From assembly GCA_964353255.1 (NCBI GenBank), contig CAYGVJ010000007.1, positions 317 through 64,316 of the forward strand: a stretch of 64,000 nucleotides of DNA, in the 5' to 3' direction. Every line of letters begins with the position of its first letter. Positions within the stretch are counted from its first letter, which is position 1. Origin of the DNA: an uncultured Solibacteraceae bacterium (GTDB taxonomy: Bacteria; Acidobacteriota; Terriglobia; Bryobacterales; Bryobacteraceae). A program made the position numbers and the translations under genes. Below the pieces are notes generated by a model. That model did no database searches and was not told where the DNA came from. It worked only from the letters and a program-made list of their open reading frames with translations. Below, one piece after another: positions 53,795 through 63,330 of the stretch.

Positions 53795-54487
53795 ATGTCT
53801 TACGTCCGCATCAACTCGACGGTCGAATACGACCCGGCCACCAACACGGTTCGCCAGGACGGGCAGACCCGCCCGGCGGGCCTGGCCGCCCTGGCTTTCT
53901 CAACCGTTCTGGAGGTTCAGCAACAGCTCCGTGCCCAGTCGCCCGAGGCGCCCGCGGGCGACACACCGGTCGCACCTGCGGCCGTGGTGCCACAGTTGAC
54001 GGCCAGCGGAGCCCCGCTGATTACTCTGCGCGCCACGCCCGCGTCCAATCCTTGGAACTACAGCGGCCCAGCGGCTCGCAATCCCTACTACATGATCCCG
54101 GGCGTGCCGCTGGAGGACGGTCTGATTAAGGGCTACGAGAACTGGTTCGAGTCGGCCCAAGTCCTGGCGGCCGGAAGCTCCGAGGCTGGCGTGGCCTACG
54201 CCATGCGGGTAGTCACCGCGGAAGGCGCCCAGGAGGCTCTGCGCCTGGTGCAGGAATATGTGTCGGAGGCCACACTGGAAGCCACCGTTTTCGGGGCCCA
54301 AGGAGGGCCGTGGTGCGCCGACAAACCCACCTACTACGTCGCCCTGCCTAGTGGCGCCCAGCTCAACGCGGCAGCCATTCTGGACAGCTACTACAGCCGG
54401 GGCCAGGGCGTCACCGCGCTATCGGACCTGATGCTGCGCGACGAGCTGCGCTGGCAGGCGGGGAATCCCGGTGTGGGCGCAGGCTGA
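53795..54487 (+). CDS. Hypothetical protein
   Basis: ~230-aa ORF with host-like codon bias following the regulatory genes. No recognisable domain or signal peptide. Start uncertain (GTG 53774 or ATG 53795). Confidence 0.4.
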   Translation: MSYVRINSTVEYDPATNTVRQDGQTRPAGLAALAFSTVLEVQQQLRAQSPEAPAGDTPVAPAAVVPQLTASGAPLITLRATPASNPWNYSGPAARNPYYMIPGVPLEDGLIKGYENWFESAQVLAAGSSEAGVAYAMRVVTAEGAQEALRLVQEYVSEATLEATVFGAQGGPWCADKPTYYVALPSGAQLNAAAILDSYYSRGQGVTALSDLMLRDELRWQAGNPGVGAG

Positions 54488-54504
54488 GACCGGTGGCGCC
54501 GCTG

Positions 54505-55275
54505 TCAGGGACCGGTTTCCAGGGCCTGAGTTTCTGAGGCGGGTTCTGCACTCAGATCCTCGGCTTCGGCGGGAGGGTTGTAGTAGAGGATGCAGCCGCA
54601 GCTATGGCAGAACATGACTCGGTCGCCCCGCTTGACATCCTGGAAGAACTGGAGGCGCAAGGCCAGGTGGCAGGCTGAGCAGCGGCCATCGGCCGCCTCA
54701 GCCACAGCTACGCCTCTGCCCTTCTGCCGGATCCTCTCGTAGGCGGCGTAGACCTCCGGGGACAGGCCGGCCACGGCCTGCTGGCGCTGGGCCTCGAGCT
54801 CCTCCAAGCTTTGCTGGTCCGCGGCCGTGCGCTGGCGAGCGCGTTGCTTTTCCGCCTCCACCTGCTCCTTCTCGCGGGTCAGGTCCGCTTCTGCCGCCCG
54901 CAGGTTGCGCTCCAGGGCTTCGGCCTCGCTCATCCGATCCAGGATCCGGTCCTCATGCTTGCGGATGGCGGTCTCGCAGAATTCGATTTCCCGCTTGAAG
55001 GCTGCGTACTGCTCGTTGGTTCGCGCCTCCATCTGCTGATCCTTGAGCTTGGAGATCTTCTGCTCCAGCGACTGCACCTCGAGTTCAAGTTGCTTGCGCT
55101 CCCGCTGGTTGGCCGCCAGCGCGGCCCGGTCGGCCTCGACTTTACGGACATGCGTCTCCAGCGTTTTCTCAATCCGGGCGATGTGCTTGGGAAGGGAGGC
55201 GATCTCGCGTCGCAGTTCATTGATCCGGCTATCCATCTCCTGCAACTGGATAACCAGTTTCAAGTCTGTGACCAT
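54505..55275 (-). CDS. Coiled-coil plus C4 zinc-ribbon protein (COG1579/DUF164-like)
   Basis: Long heptad-rich region, then CSACH...CHSCGCILY zinc ribbon. Confidence 0.75.
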   Translation of the reverse strand: MVTDLKLVIQLQEMDSRINELRREIASLPKHIARIEKTLETHVRKVEADRAALAANQRERKQLELEVQSLEQKISKLKDQQMEARTNEQYAAFKREIEFCETAIRKHEDRILDRMSEAEALERNLRAAEADLTREKEQVEAEKQRARQRTAADQQSLEELEAQRQQAVAGLSPEVYAAYERIRQKGRGVAVAEAADGRCSACHLALRLQFFQDVKRGDRVMFCHSCGCILYYNPPAEAEDLSAEPASETQALETGP

Positions 55276-56978
55276 TTTCTCCTAATTTTAGCACGCCGCC
55301 ACGGCACGACCCTGGCGAGCGGCGCTCGCAGCGCCCGCACTGCCGCTTCCAATTCTTCCACCTTCACCGCGCGGCACATGCCGAGAAAAACCGCTGCGCC
55401 GAGCGGAATCGAGATCGCCAGCTCGACCAACCGCGCCCCGCGGGTGACTCCCAGCCAGGTCTCGATGGAGTTGCTGGTCAGCGCCACCGCGCCGCCCATC
55501 ACCAGCGACGCCAGCGTGATCTTCAGCAGGCTCAGCAGCAGCTTCCTGCCTGGAATGCTGCGGACCCGGCCGCGCAGCACCGTGAACAAGGCGATGGAGG
55601 CGAACAGCGCCACGCCGGAAGTGGCCACGGCCAGTCCCGCGTGTCCCAGGCGGGTGAGGCGGAGCATCGTCAGAGCCACCAGGAAGTTGATCAGGATGGA
55701 GGCCAGGCTCACCAGGGCCGGCACGCGGGCGTCACCCAGCGCATAGAAGGCCGGCGCCAGCACCTTGGCTGCGGCGTAGCCAGCCAGACCCACCGCGTAC
55801 CAGGCCAGCGCCAGCGCGGTCTGCCGCGTGTCGTAGGCCTGGAACTTGCCACCCTCGTAGATGACGCCGATCATCGAGTTGCCCAAGATCGCCAGGCCCA
55901 CCGAGGAGGGCAGCGTGAGCAGGAAGACCGTGCCCAGCGAGCGCGCCAACGTCCGGCCGAATTCCTCCAGGTTGCCCGAGGCGGCGCTGCGAGAAATCGC
56001 GGGCAGGGTGGCCGAGGCGATGGCCACTCCGAACAGGCCCAGCGGGAGCTGCATGAACCGGAAGGCATATTGCAGCCAGCTCACCGGGCCGTTGACGCCG
56101 CGTAGAGGATCTACGATGCTGGAGGCGAAAACCGTTGTGACCATGACGTTGATCTGCACCGCGGCGTTGCCCAGGATGGCCGGCCCCATCAACTGGATAA
56201 TGTGGCGCAGGCCGGGATGCGACCAGTTGAACCGCACGCGGAAGGAGAAGCCCGAGCGCCTCAGGCTGGGCACCTGCCAGAGCAGTTGCAGCAGACCGCC
56301 CAGCACCACGCCGTAGGCCATCCCCGCGATGGGGGCCAGACCCAGGCGCGGGCCCAGCAGGAAACCCAGCAGCAAGCCGAATCCGACCGAGCCCAGGTTG
56401 AAGAAAGTCGAGGACATGGCCGGGATTCCGAATTGATGGCAGGCGTTCAGCACCCCCATGGCCTGCGCGGCCAGGGCCACCAGCAGCAGGAAGGGGAACA
56501 TGGTGCGGGTAAGCTGGATGGCCAGCTCGAGCTTGGCGGGCTCCGCGGCGGCCCAGCCGGGGGCCAGCAGGCCCACCAGCGCCCGGCTCAACAGCATGCC
56601 CAGCAGGCAGACCCCTCCCACCATAACCAGCACCGCGGTGCCCACCAGATTGGACAGCTCGGCGGCTTCCCGCTTCCCCTTGGTGGCCAGGTATTCCGTG
56701 AAAGTGGGGACGAAGGCGGCCGACAAAGCACCCTCGGCGAACAAGTCGCGCGTGAGATTGGGGATGCGAAAGCCCAGCGAGAAGGCGTCGTACACCATGC
56801 TGGCGCCGAACAAGCGGGCCATGATCGTCTCGCGCACCAGCCCGCTCAGCCGGCTCAGCATGACTCCCGCCGAGACCACGCCGGCCGAGCGGACGATGCT
56901 CTCGTGCTGGGAGGAGCCCGGATCAGTGTCTTCGGCTATGGGCAGCGCGCCGAGCGCAGCCTGATCGGGATCGTTCAT
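55260..56978 (-). CDS. murJ: Lipid II flippase
   Basis: N-terminus SRLSGLVRETIMARLFGAS...DAF..GFRIPNL.R.LFAEGALS.AFVP is the canonical MurJ/MviN pattern. 14 hydrophobic segments. Confidence 0.9.
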   Translation of the reverse strand: MNDPDQAALGALPIAEDTDPGSSQHESIVRSAGVVSAGVMLSRLSGLVRETIMARLFGASMVYDAFSLGFRIPNLTRDLFAEGALSAAFVPTFTEYLATKGKREAAELSNLVGTAVLVMVGGVCLLGMLLSRALVGLLAPGWAAAEPAKLELAIQLTRTMFPFLLLVALAAQAMGVLNACHQFGIPAMSSTFFNLGSVGFGLLLGFLLGPRLGLAPIAGMAYGVVLGGLLQLLWQVPSLRRSGFSFRVRFNWSHPGLRHIIQLMGPAILGNAAVQINVMVTTVFASSIVDPLRGVNGPVSWLQYAFRFMQLPLGLFGVAIASATLPAISRSAASGNLEEFGRTLARSLGTVFLLTLPSSVGLAILGNSMIGVIYEGGKFQAYDTRQTALALAWYAVGLAGYAAAKVLAPAFYALGDARVPALVSLASILINFLVALTMLRLTRLGHAGLAVATSGVALFASIALFTVLRGRVRSIPGRKLLLSLLKITLASLVMGGAVALTSNSIETWLGVTRGARLVELAISIPLGAAVFLGMCRAVKVEELEAAVRALRAPLARVVPWRRAKIRRKWSQT

Positions 56979-57041
56979 GGCCCCGGGGATGCCGACTCCT
57001 GCGGCTTCGGAACAACTATTATAGCGGCCTGCCGCCGCGGC

Positions 57042-57596
57042 TCACGGATTCCGCTCCGGCTTCATCACCGCCACGCAGCCCAGGTTGCGGTACAACTGCT
57101 TGTAGTCCAGCCCGAAGCCGACTACGAAGCGGTCCGGGATCTCGAAGCAGCGAAACTCCACCGGCACCTGGATGATCCGCCGCGGAGTCCGGTCCAGCAG
57201 CGTGCACAGAGCCAGGGAATTGGGGCCGCGTGCCGCCAGGGTTTGCAGCAGGTAGCGTGCCGTGAACCCCGTGTCCACGATGTCCTCGACCAGCAGGACG
57301 TCCTCCCCTTCGATGCTGTCGTCCAGGTCCTTGGCGATGCGCACCACCCCCGGCGCCGTGGTCTTGCTGGAGAAGCTGGAGATCGACAGGAAGTCGATTT
57401 TCACCGGGATGGTGATGGCCCGGGTTAGGGCGGTCAGGAAGAAAACCGAGCCTTTCAGCACGCCGATCAGCTTCAGGTCGCGGCCCCGATACTTCTGGGA
57501 AATTTCGGCGGCCACCTCGCGGATGCGCTGCTCGACTTGCTCTTCGGTGTAGAGGACGCGCTCGAACTCGGGCGGAAGCGTTTTGTTGTCGTTCAT
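57042..57596 (-). CDS. hpt: Hypoxanthine phosphoribosyltransferase
   Basis: PRPP motif VLLVEDIVDTG and FVVGFGLDY, 184 aa. Confidence 0.9.
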   Translation of the reverse strand: MNDNKTLPPEFERVLYTEEQVEQRIREVAAEISQKYRGRDLKLIGVLKGSVFFLTALTRAITIPVKIDFLSISSFSSKTTAPGVVRIAKDLDDSIEGEDVLLVEDIVDTGFTARYLLQTLAARGPNSLALCTLLDRTPRRIIQVPVEFRCFEIPDRFVVGFGLDYKQLYRNLGCVAVMKPERNP

Positions 57597-58570
57597 GCCT
57601 TGCTAGTTCTTTCGGCCAGGCCGTACTTGAAGATCAGGTTCTCGAAATCCTTCTGGTAGAAAACCTGGATATTGAGGTGCGGGTAGATGGCGCGCAGCAG
57701 CTTGACCTTGCGGTTCTTCTTGGTGACCAGGGACTGCTTCATGGTGGTCAGCTCGACGTAGAGGTCGAACTCGGGCAGGAAGAAGTCCGGCGTGAAGGCC
57801 TCGAGCACCTTGCCGTCCTTGTCCCACTGGATGGGAAAGCTGCGCGGCTCGTACTGCCAGGCCACCCGGTAGAAGTCCAGCAGGTTGGCGAAGATCTCCT
57901 CGCTGGGATGCCCGAACCGGGTGCCCTTGAGGTTGACCTTGCCGGGCGGGACGATGCCGTGTTTGGACAGCTTGAGGCGCGCGCGGAACTGGAGGCGGGC
58001 TTCGGCGGCGGGCGACAGCAGGCCCTGCCCGGCGAGGCCGCGCGCGCCCGAGGCGGCCTCGATCAACTGGGCCACCTGCTCGGGTTCGAGCGTCTCCGAG
58101 TTGAAGACCACGTCGAACAGGCACGCCGGCGCGCCGGCCCGGCCGAAGCGGCGCTTCCGGCGGGCTTTCTGCTCGGCTTCCAGGTGGCGCAGTAGTTGCC
58201 GGGCCGAGGGGCGGTCCAGCCGGTGTTCGAGCATCAGCGTTCCGAGCCGTCGCGATTCCGGGGCCACCACCTGGACGCGCAGCACGCCGGGGAAACTCTT
58301 GAGCAGGAGTTCGGCCCCTTCGGCGGTCACCACCAGGTGGTGCGCGGTGACCAGACGCGCCACGATCGACAGCACCGCCTCCGGAAAGGCCTTGTCGGGA
58401 ACCGCGGTTTCTGCGCCGAACTCCTCTGCGATCAACTCCCGCAGGCGGGCGTCGCTGAGCACTTCGAAGTGCAGGAGCTGCGCGGCCAGGCGCGCCGCTT
58501 CTTCGTGCCGGCAGCCCGGCTGTCCGGAAACGGTGATCAGAGCCATCCTGGGCTCCGCCCGCGCCTCCAA
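57593..58570 (-). CDS. Two-domain protein: cytidylate-kinase-like N-domain with a degenerate P-loop plus a C-terminal PD-(D/E)XK-like domain
   Basis: ALITVSGQPGCRHEE occupies the P-loop position of Cytidylate_kin2-type proteins. The C-terminus TPDFFLPEFDLYVELTTMKQ has D..E.T..K spacing. ATGA overlap with hpt. Met-9 (58546) is the likely start. Confidence 0.55.
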   Translation of the reverse strand: MEARAEPRMALITVSGQPGCRHEEAARLAAQLLHFEVLSDARLRELIAEEFGAETAVPDKAFPEAVLSIVARLVTAHHLVVTAEGAELLLKSFPGVLRVQVVAPESRRLGTLMLEHRLDRPSARQLLRHLEAEQKARRKRRFGRAGAPACLFDVVFNSETLEPEQVAQLIEAASGARGLAGQGLLSPAAEARLQFRARLKLSKHGIVPPGKVNLKGTRFGHPSEEIFANLLDFYRVAWQYEPRSFPIQWDKDGKVLEAFTPDFFLPEFDLYVELTTMKQSLVTKKNRKVKLLRAIYPHLNIQVFYQKDFENLIFKYGLAERTSKA

Positions 58571-58665
58571 TGCTCAGGCATTGCTCACTGCCATGATAGC
58601 GTACCGAGCCGGGCTTGATTGTGGAGCGCTGTGGTCCGTGGTAGGATGAAGAGCGGTCCACTCGC

Positions 58666-58742
<77 letters not shown>

Positions 58743-59021
58743 TTTGCTCTTGAGGGCCCCGCCTGCCGGTTGCCAGGCGGCCTGGCACGCCCCGCACCGG
58801 ATGCCGAACGGAGCCGCGAGCGCGAGAAGCGGTGAAAGAATCGTTCGGCAAGTCAGGAGACTTACCCCACTTGAGCGAGCGGTGGGGAGCGCGCGCCAGC
58901 GGAGCCGTTGCGGTATACTGGCAGGTTTGCGGGTTCGCCGTCCGGCGTTCCCGGAGAACACTTGAGAACCGCGACTGGCGCGCCTGAGGGCGCGACCAAC
59001 AGGAAGGAAGAAGGAACCATC

Positions 59022-59582
59022 ATGCGATCTGTCAGGAAGTCCTGCTTTTTGCTTTTGTGTCTTGGACTGAGTCTCACGCTCTTGGTGGCCCAAGAGAAGA
59101 AGCTGCGCGACCCCGACGTGGTGTTCGTGCCCACTCCCCAGGAAGTGGTGGATGAGATGCTGAAGGTGGCTAACGTCCATAAGGGGGACGTGGTCTACGA
59201 TCTCGGGTGCGGGGACGGCCGCCTGGTGATCACCGCCGCGAAGCTGGGAGCCCGCGCTATCGGCATAGACATCAACCCCGAGAGGATCAAGGAGTCCCTG
59301 GCCAACGCCCGCGAAGCCGAGGTGATGGACCGCGTGACTTTCCGCAACGAGGACCTGTTCGAGGCGGACATCAAAGACGCCACGGTGGTGACCCTCTACC
59401 TGTTGCCGTCGCTGAACTTGAAGCTCCGCCCCAAGCTGTGGAAGGAGCTGAAGCCCGGCACCCGCATCGTCTCCCACGCCTTCGACATGGACGACTGGAA
59501 GCCCGAGAAACAGATCGATGTTGACGGCCGCACCGTCTACTTCTGGACGATACCCGCGAACGCGGGCGTCCCGGCTCGGTAG
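59022..59582 (+). CDS. Class I SAM-dependent methyltransferase with an N-terminal signal-like peptide
   Basis: Motif I VVYDLGCGDGRL, then GIDINP and a post-II region. N-terminus MRSVRKSCFLLLCLGLSLTLLVAQ. Confidence 0.8.
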   Translation: MRSVRKSCFLLLCLGLSLTLLVAQEKKLRDPDVVFVPTPQEVVDEMLKVANVHKGDVVYDLGCGDGRLVITAAKLGARAIGIDINPERIKESLANAREAEVMDRVTFRNEDLFEADIKDATVVTLYLLPSLNLKLRPKLWKELKPGTRIVSHAFDMDDWKPEKQIDVDGRTVYFWTIPANAGVPAR

Positions 59583-59715
59583 GGCAGGGTCCGAGCGCAG
59601 CGCGGCGGCCCAGCCGGGCCTGTCCCTCAGCAGGGCTGGCGGTGCGGGCGCCGTGCTGTTGACGTTGGCATCGCTCTCCGGTTCGCGTGAACCGGTCTGG
59701 ACGGCCGGCGCGCCC

Positions 59716-60029
59716 AAAGGCCCGTTCGAACCCGCCTGGGAGTCCATCCGGCGGCACTACCGAGTCCCGCGGTGGTTCCGGGACGGCAAGTTCGGCATCT
59801 TCCAGCACTGGGGCCTCTACGCCGTCCCGGGCAAACCTACGGCCCTCCCAGGCAGGGTTTCCCCGACCAGAAGTTTCGCGATGACTGGGTCGCCCGTAAC
59901 ATGGAGCTGATCGATAAGTACCGCCCCGACATGCTCTGGTTCGACGCCGGTCTCAAGGTGAAGTTGCCCGCCGAAAAGCCCTGCGAGCACGCCTTCGCGC
60001 TCAAGATTTTCGGACTCAGGCTCAAGTAA
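59716..60029 (+). pseudogene. GH29 alpha-L-fucosidase remnant (internal deletion/frameshift and 3' truncation)
   Basis: Frame A: EPAWESIRRHYRVPRWFRDGKFGIFQHWGLYAVPG (GH29 N-terminus). Frame B, ~30 nt later: DDWVARNMELIDKYRPDMLWFDAG (a GH29 motif normally ~200 aa downstream). A stop follows soon after. Confidence 0.65.
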
Positions 60030-60117
60030 GTAAAAAGGACGTGAAATGTCACGGGCCCTGGTGGTATTCCTGCTATACGCGACGAAGGAAGTGATTACGC
60101 CACGGCTCTCTTACGGT

Positions 60118-60146
60118 CGCGGCTCAGAACCGCATTCCGAGCCGCG
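60118..60146. other. Stem-loop (8-bp GC stem, 13-nt loop) in the convergent intergenic region
   Basis: CGCGGCTC-AGAACCGCATTCC-GAGCCGCG. About 90 nt from the stops on either side. Possible bidirectional terminator or REP-like element. Confidence 0.3.
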
Positions 60147-60237
60147 CGCGTGAGCAAGCGGTCTGGAGCGGGCGTTTTTCAGCAGGCTCTTTAGCTTATC
60201 GCTCTCGAACCGGCACCGGGACTTTTTCCACTGGTTA

Positions 60238-61239
60238 CTACGGCTTGTAAGTCTTCGAGTAATTGTTCCGGGTATTCGTCACCGTGAAGCTGCCGTCGCG
60301 CTGCGCGACGAGGTGGATAGCCTTCGCCTCGCACTTCTCTTGCGGGTTGGCGATAAACTCCTCGGGCGCATTTCTCTCTTTACCGGCGAGGGAGTAGTGG
60401 AGCTGCCAGAGATCCTCGAAGCCGGGAGAAGTCTTGATGATCTCCAGCACCGCGGGCTCGCCGCCTTTGCGGGCCCCGTTGTTCATGATGACGACTTTCG
60501 GGCGCAGGGCATGAATGAGGAGCTGGGAGTTGGAGACCTTGAAACCGTGATGGCTCGCCATGAACAGGTCAACCGTGCCGACGGGGTTGTTCGGGCACAT
60601 GAGCTTGTATTCGACGTGCTGGAGCAGGTCCGCCAGGTCCAGCATGCGGAACTTGCCGAACTCGAACAGCAGGCCCACGGAGCCGGCGTTGTCATAGACG
60701 TCGGTCGGTTCCGGCTTGGCGCCGGCGCACAACGGATTGGGCTGGCCGGCGCCGCGGAGCGGTTTGGAGAGCGCCTCGCCGCCGGAAGTAACTACGGTGA
60801 TGCGGAGCCCTTTCATCGGAATCACGTCGCCGGGCTTGACCGAGAGGCGTTTCCGGCTGCCAATCGCGCTCAGATAGGCTTTGAGGAACCTTTCATCCCG
60901 GTTCTCCGGCATCGGGGGACCGTGGTCCACGAAGACGCGCCCCGGAATCCGCGCGTCCACCTGCGCGACGTTGCCGGCGTGGTCGGCGTCGTAGTGGGTG
61001 GCCACAATGTAGTCGAACTGCTTGATTCCGACGGCTTGGGCCGCGGCCACGATCCGGTCGGTGTCCCGGTTGTCCGGCCTTGGATATCCGGCGTCGATGA
61101 GCATCGTCTCCCCGGCGGGCGTGACGATAATCACCGCCTTGCCGCCTTCGGTATCGACAACGTAGATGTTCAGGACGTCGGCGGCCGGCAAGACGCGAAC
61201 GAGCGTCAAGGCCAAAATCGAGAACAGCAAGGCTCTCAT
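60238..61239 (-). CDS. Exported MBL-fold metallo-hydrolase
   Basis: Signal peptide from ATG 61239 (AGGAAGGAAG Shine-Dalgarno upstream). ATHYDADHAG metal-binding motif and a later SHHG. Confidence 0.75.
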   Translation of the reverse strand: MRALLFSILALTLVRVLPAADVLNIYVVDTEGGKAVIIVTPAGETMLIDAGYPRPDNRDTDRIVAAAQAVGIKQFDYIVATHYDADHAGNVAQVDARIPGRVFVDHGPPMPENRDERFLKAYLSAIGSRKRLSVKPGDVIPMKGLRITVVTSGGEALSKPLRGAGQPNPLCAGAKPEPTDVYDNAGSVGLLFEFGKFRMLDLADLLQHVEYKLMCPNNPVGTVDLFMASHHGFKVSNSQLLIHALRPKVVIMNNGARKGGEPAVLEIIKTSPGFEDLWQLHYSLAGKERNAPEEFIANPQEKCEAKAIHLVAQRDGSFTVTNTRNNYSKTYKP

Positions 61240-61324
61240 GCTTCCTTCCTTTCTACGGCAGTTCCGCCGGGGCCGCTCCTTTTGCGGTCCTCGGTAGCTG
61301 GTAGTATACACCGAGGAGGACCGC

Positions 61325-62407
61325 ATGATCTCATCCCGACTGCCGCTCGTCGTTCTGGCGACCATCGTCTGCTGCCAGGCCGTGGCTCTGGAGAGGCCGG
61401 GAGTCACCTTCAAAATCTTTCAATTCCCGGCCAACACGATCCCTCGCATTGACGGCAATGCCGATGACTGGGCCATGGTGCCAGAGGAATACGTCGTCGG
61501 CACCGATCAGCTCGTGGATGACACCGGCAGGAACGCCCAGCCCGACCCGAAGACCCTGGATGTGCGCGTGCGCGTGGGCTGGGTGAAGGGGCTCAACCGG
61601 CTCTACTTCCTCTACGAAGCGTACGACAACTACTGGGATTTCTCCCGCCCGGACCTGCATAACGACACCTTCGAAGTGGTGGTGGACGGGGACGCCTCGG
61701 GCGGGCCGTTGATTGCCCAGATGCATCCGAACAAGGAGTTGAGCCAGTGGGACGCTTACTTCTCGATGCACGGCGTGCACGCGCAGAACTATCACATCTT
61801 CACGCCGGCGGAAGGGAAGGACTGGACGCTGGCCTGGGGCTGCCAGCCCTGGATCAAGGAGCTTCCCTATGCCAACGCCGCGTACTCCTACAACTTCAAG
61901 CCGGGCGAGCCCGGCAAGCTGGTGCTGGAATTCTGGATCACGCCCTTCGACTACGCCGGGTGTGAAGGCCCACGGCACTCCATCGAGTCGCAATTGTGGG
62001 AGCACAAGCTCATCGGCCTCTGCTGGGCGGTTCTGGATTACGACGACGTTAACGCCCAGGGCCAGGACGGGTTCTGGAATCTGTCCCGCAAGCACACCAT
62101 GTACGGGAACGCCTCCGAGCTGGTCGCCTTCCGGCTGATGCCGCTCGAACCCCGGTTCCGCAAGAAGCTCGAAGCGCAGTGGTCTTTCAAGGTGGTGGAC
62201 ATGGGCCGGCGGCTGGTCGCCTTCCAGGACCTTTCCGAAGGCAAGATCACTTCCTGGAAATGGGAGTTCGGCGACGGCGCGACTTCGACCGAACAGCACC
62301 CGATCCACGCCTATCAGAGTCCCGGAAGGTACGTCGTCACGCTCTGGGTGGAAGGGCCGGAAGGAAAGTCGCGGCGGTCCAAGGTCTGGGACGTGGCAGT
62401 GAGGTAA
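61325..62407 (+). CDS. Exported carbohydrate-binding (CBM9-like) plus PKD-domain protein
   Basis: Signal peptide. C-terminal PKD signature WEFGDGATS....P.H.Y..PG.Y.V.L.V. Confidence 0.7.
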   Translation: MISSRLPLVVLATIVCCQAVALERPGVTFKIFQFPANTIPRIDGNADDWAMVPEEYVVGTDQLVDDTGRNAQPDPKTLDVRVRVGWVKGLNRLYFLYEAYDNYWDFSRPDLHNDTFEVVVDGDASGGPLIAQMHPNKELSQWDAYFSMHGVHAQNYHIFTPAEGKDWTLAWGCQPWIKELPYANAAYSYNFKPGEPGKLVLEFWITPFDYAGCEGPRHSIESQLWEHKLIGLCWAVLDYDDVNAQGQDGFWNLSRKHTMYGNASELVAFRLMPLEPRFRKKLEAQWSFKVVDMGRRLVAFQDLSEGKITSWKWEFGDGATSTEQHPIHAYQSPGRYVVTLWVEGPEGKSRRSKVWDVAVR

Positions 62408-62455
62408 CGCAGCTCGGCTGAGCCGCGCGACGTAAGATACAGGAGAGGGAGGATC

Positions 62456-63304
62456 ATGCGGAACACGCTGCTTTTCGCAACCGTCTTTCTGAGCGCGGCG
62501 GCGCTGCGCGCCCAGACCGATTGGGAGAACCCGGTCAAAAAGAGCCTGCGGGAGGGCAAGCCGGTAATCGGGATCACCGTCACCATCCCGAGCCCCGATG
62601 TGGCCTTGCAAGCGGCCCGGCTGGGGTTCGACTTTCTGTGGATCGAGATGGAGCACAGCCAGATCACGCTGGAGACGGCGCGGAACATGATTCTGGCGAC
62701 CAATGGGACGGCGACCGTGCCTTTCATCCGGGTTCCGGTCAACGAGCTGTGGACTGCCAAGCGGGCGCTGGATGCCGGTGCACTGGGTGTAATCTTCCCC
62801 TTCGTCTCCACGCCCGAACTGGCGCGGCAGGCGGTGGCGGCCTGTAAGTACCCTCCGCTCGGCCTGCGCGGCTCGGGCCCGGGGCTGGCGAGCCTCCGGT
62901 GGCCCGCGCCGGGCGGCTACATCGATTTCGCCGACAAGAACGCGATGGTCGTCATCATCATTGAGCAGAAGCAGGCTGTGGAGCGGATCGACGAGATCGT
63001 CTCCGTGCCCGGCATCGACGTGGTGTTCATCGGGCCGAGCGACCTGTCGTACTCTTACGGTTTCCGGGGCCGGCAAACACCCGAGGTGAAGGAGGCCATC
63101 GCCAAGGTGCTCGCCGCCGGCAAGCGCCACAACGTCGCCGTGGGGCGCCTGGCCGGGGCTGCGGACATCGCCGGCTACATCAAGGAGGGATTTCAGTTCT
63201 TCCAGGCCGCGAGCGACCTGGCCATGATGGCCGCGGGCGCGCGCCCGTTCCTGGAAGCGGCGGGGAAAACGGCTGGCGAGCCCAAGGCCCGGCCGGTGTA
63301 CTGA
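62456..63304 (+). CDS. HpcH/HpaI-family aldolase with an N-terminal signal-like peptide
   Basis: GFDFLWIEMEHS, VPFIRVP, GALGVIFPFV and DVVFIGPSDLS motifs. N-terminus LLFATVFLSAAALRAQ. Confidence 0.85.
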   Translation: MRNTLLFATVFLSAAALRAQTDWENPVKKSLREGKPVIGITVTIPSPDVALQAARLGFDFLWIEMEHSQITLETARNMILATNGTATVPFIRVPVNELWTAKRALDAGALGVIFPFVSTPELARQAVAACKYPPLGLRGSGPGLASLRWPAPGGYIDFADKNAMVVIIIEQKQAVERIDEIVSVPGIDVVFIGPSDLSYSYGFRGRQTPEVKEAIAKVLAAGKRHNVAVGRLAGAADIAGYIKEGFQFFQAASDLAMMAAGARPFLEAAGKTAGEPKARPVY

Positions 63305-63330
63305 CGACTGCTACTACACGGAGAGCTGAA

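Noticed and set aside
61331-63130. 599-aa minus-strand ORF
   Set aside because: It is antisense to the PKD-domain and HpcH aldolase genes, both of which have clear motifs on the plus strand.
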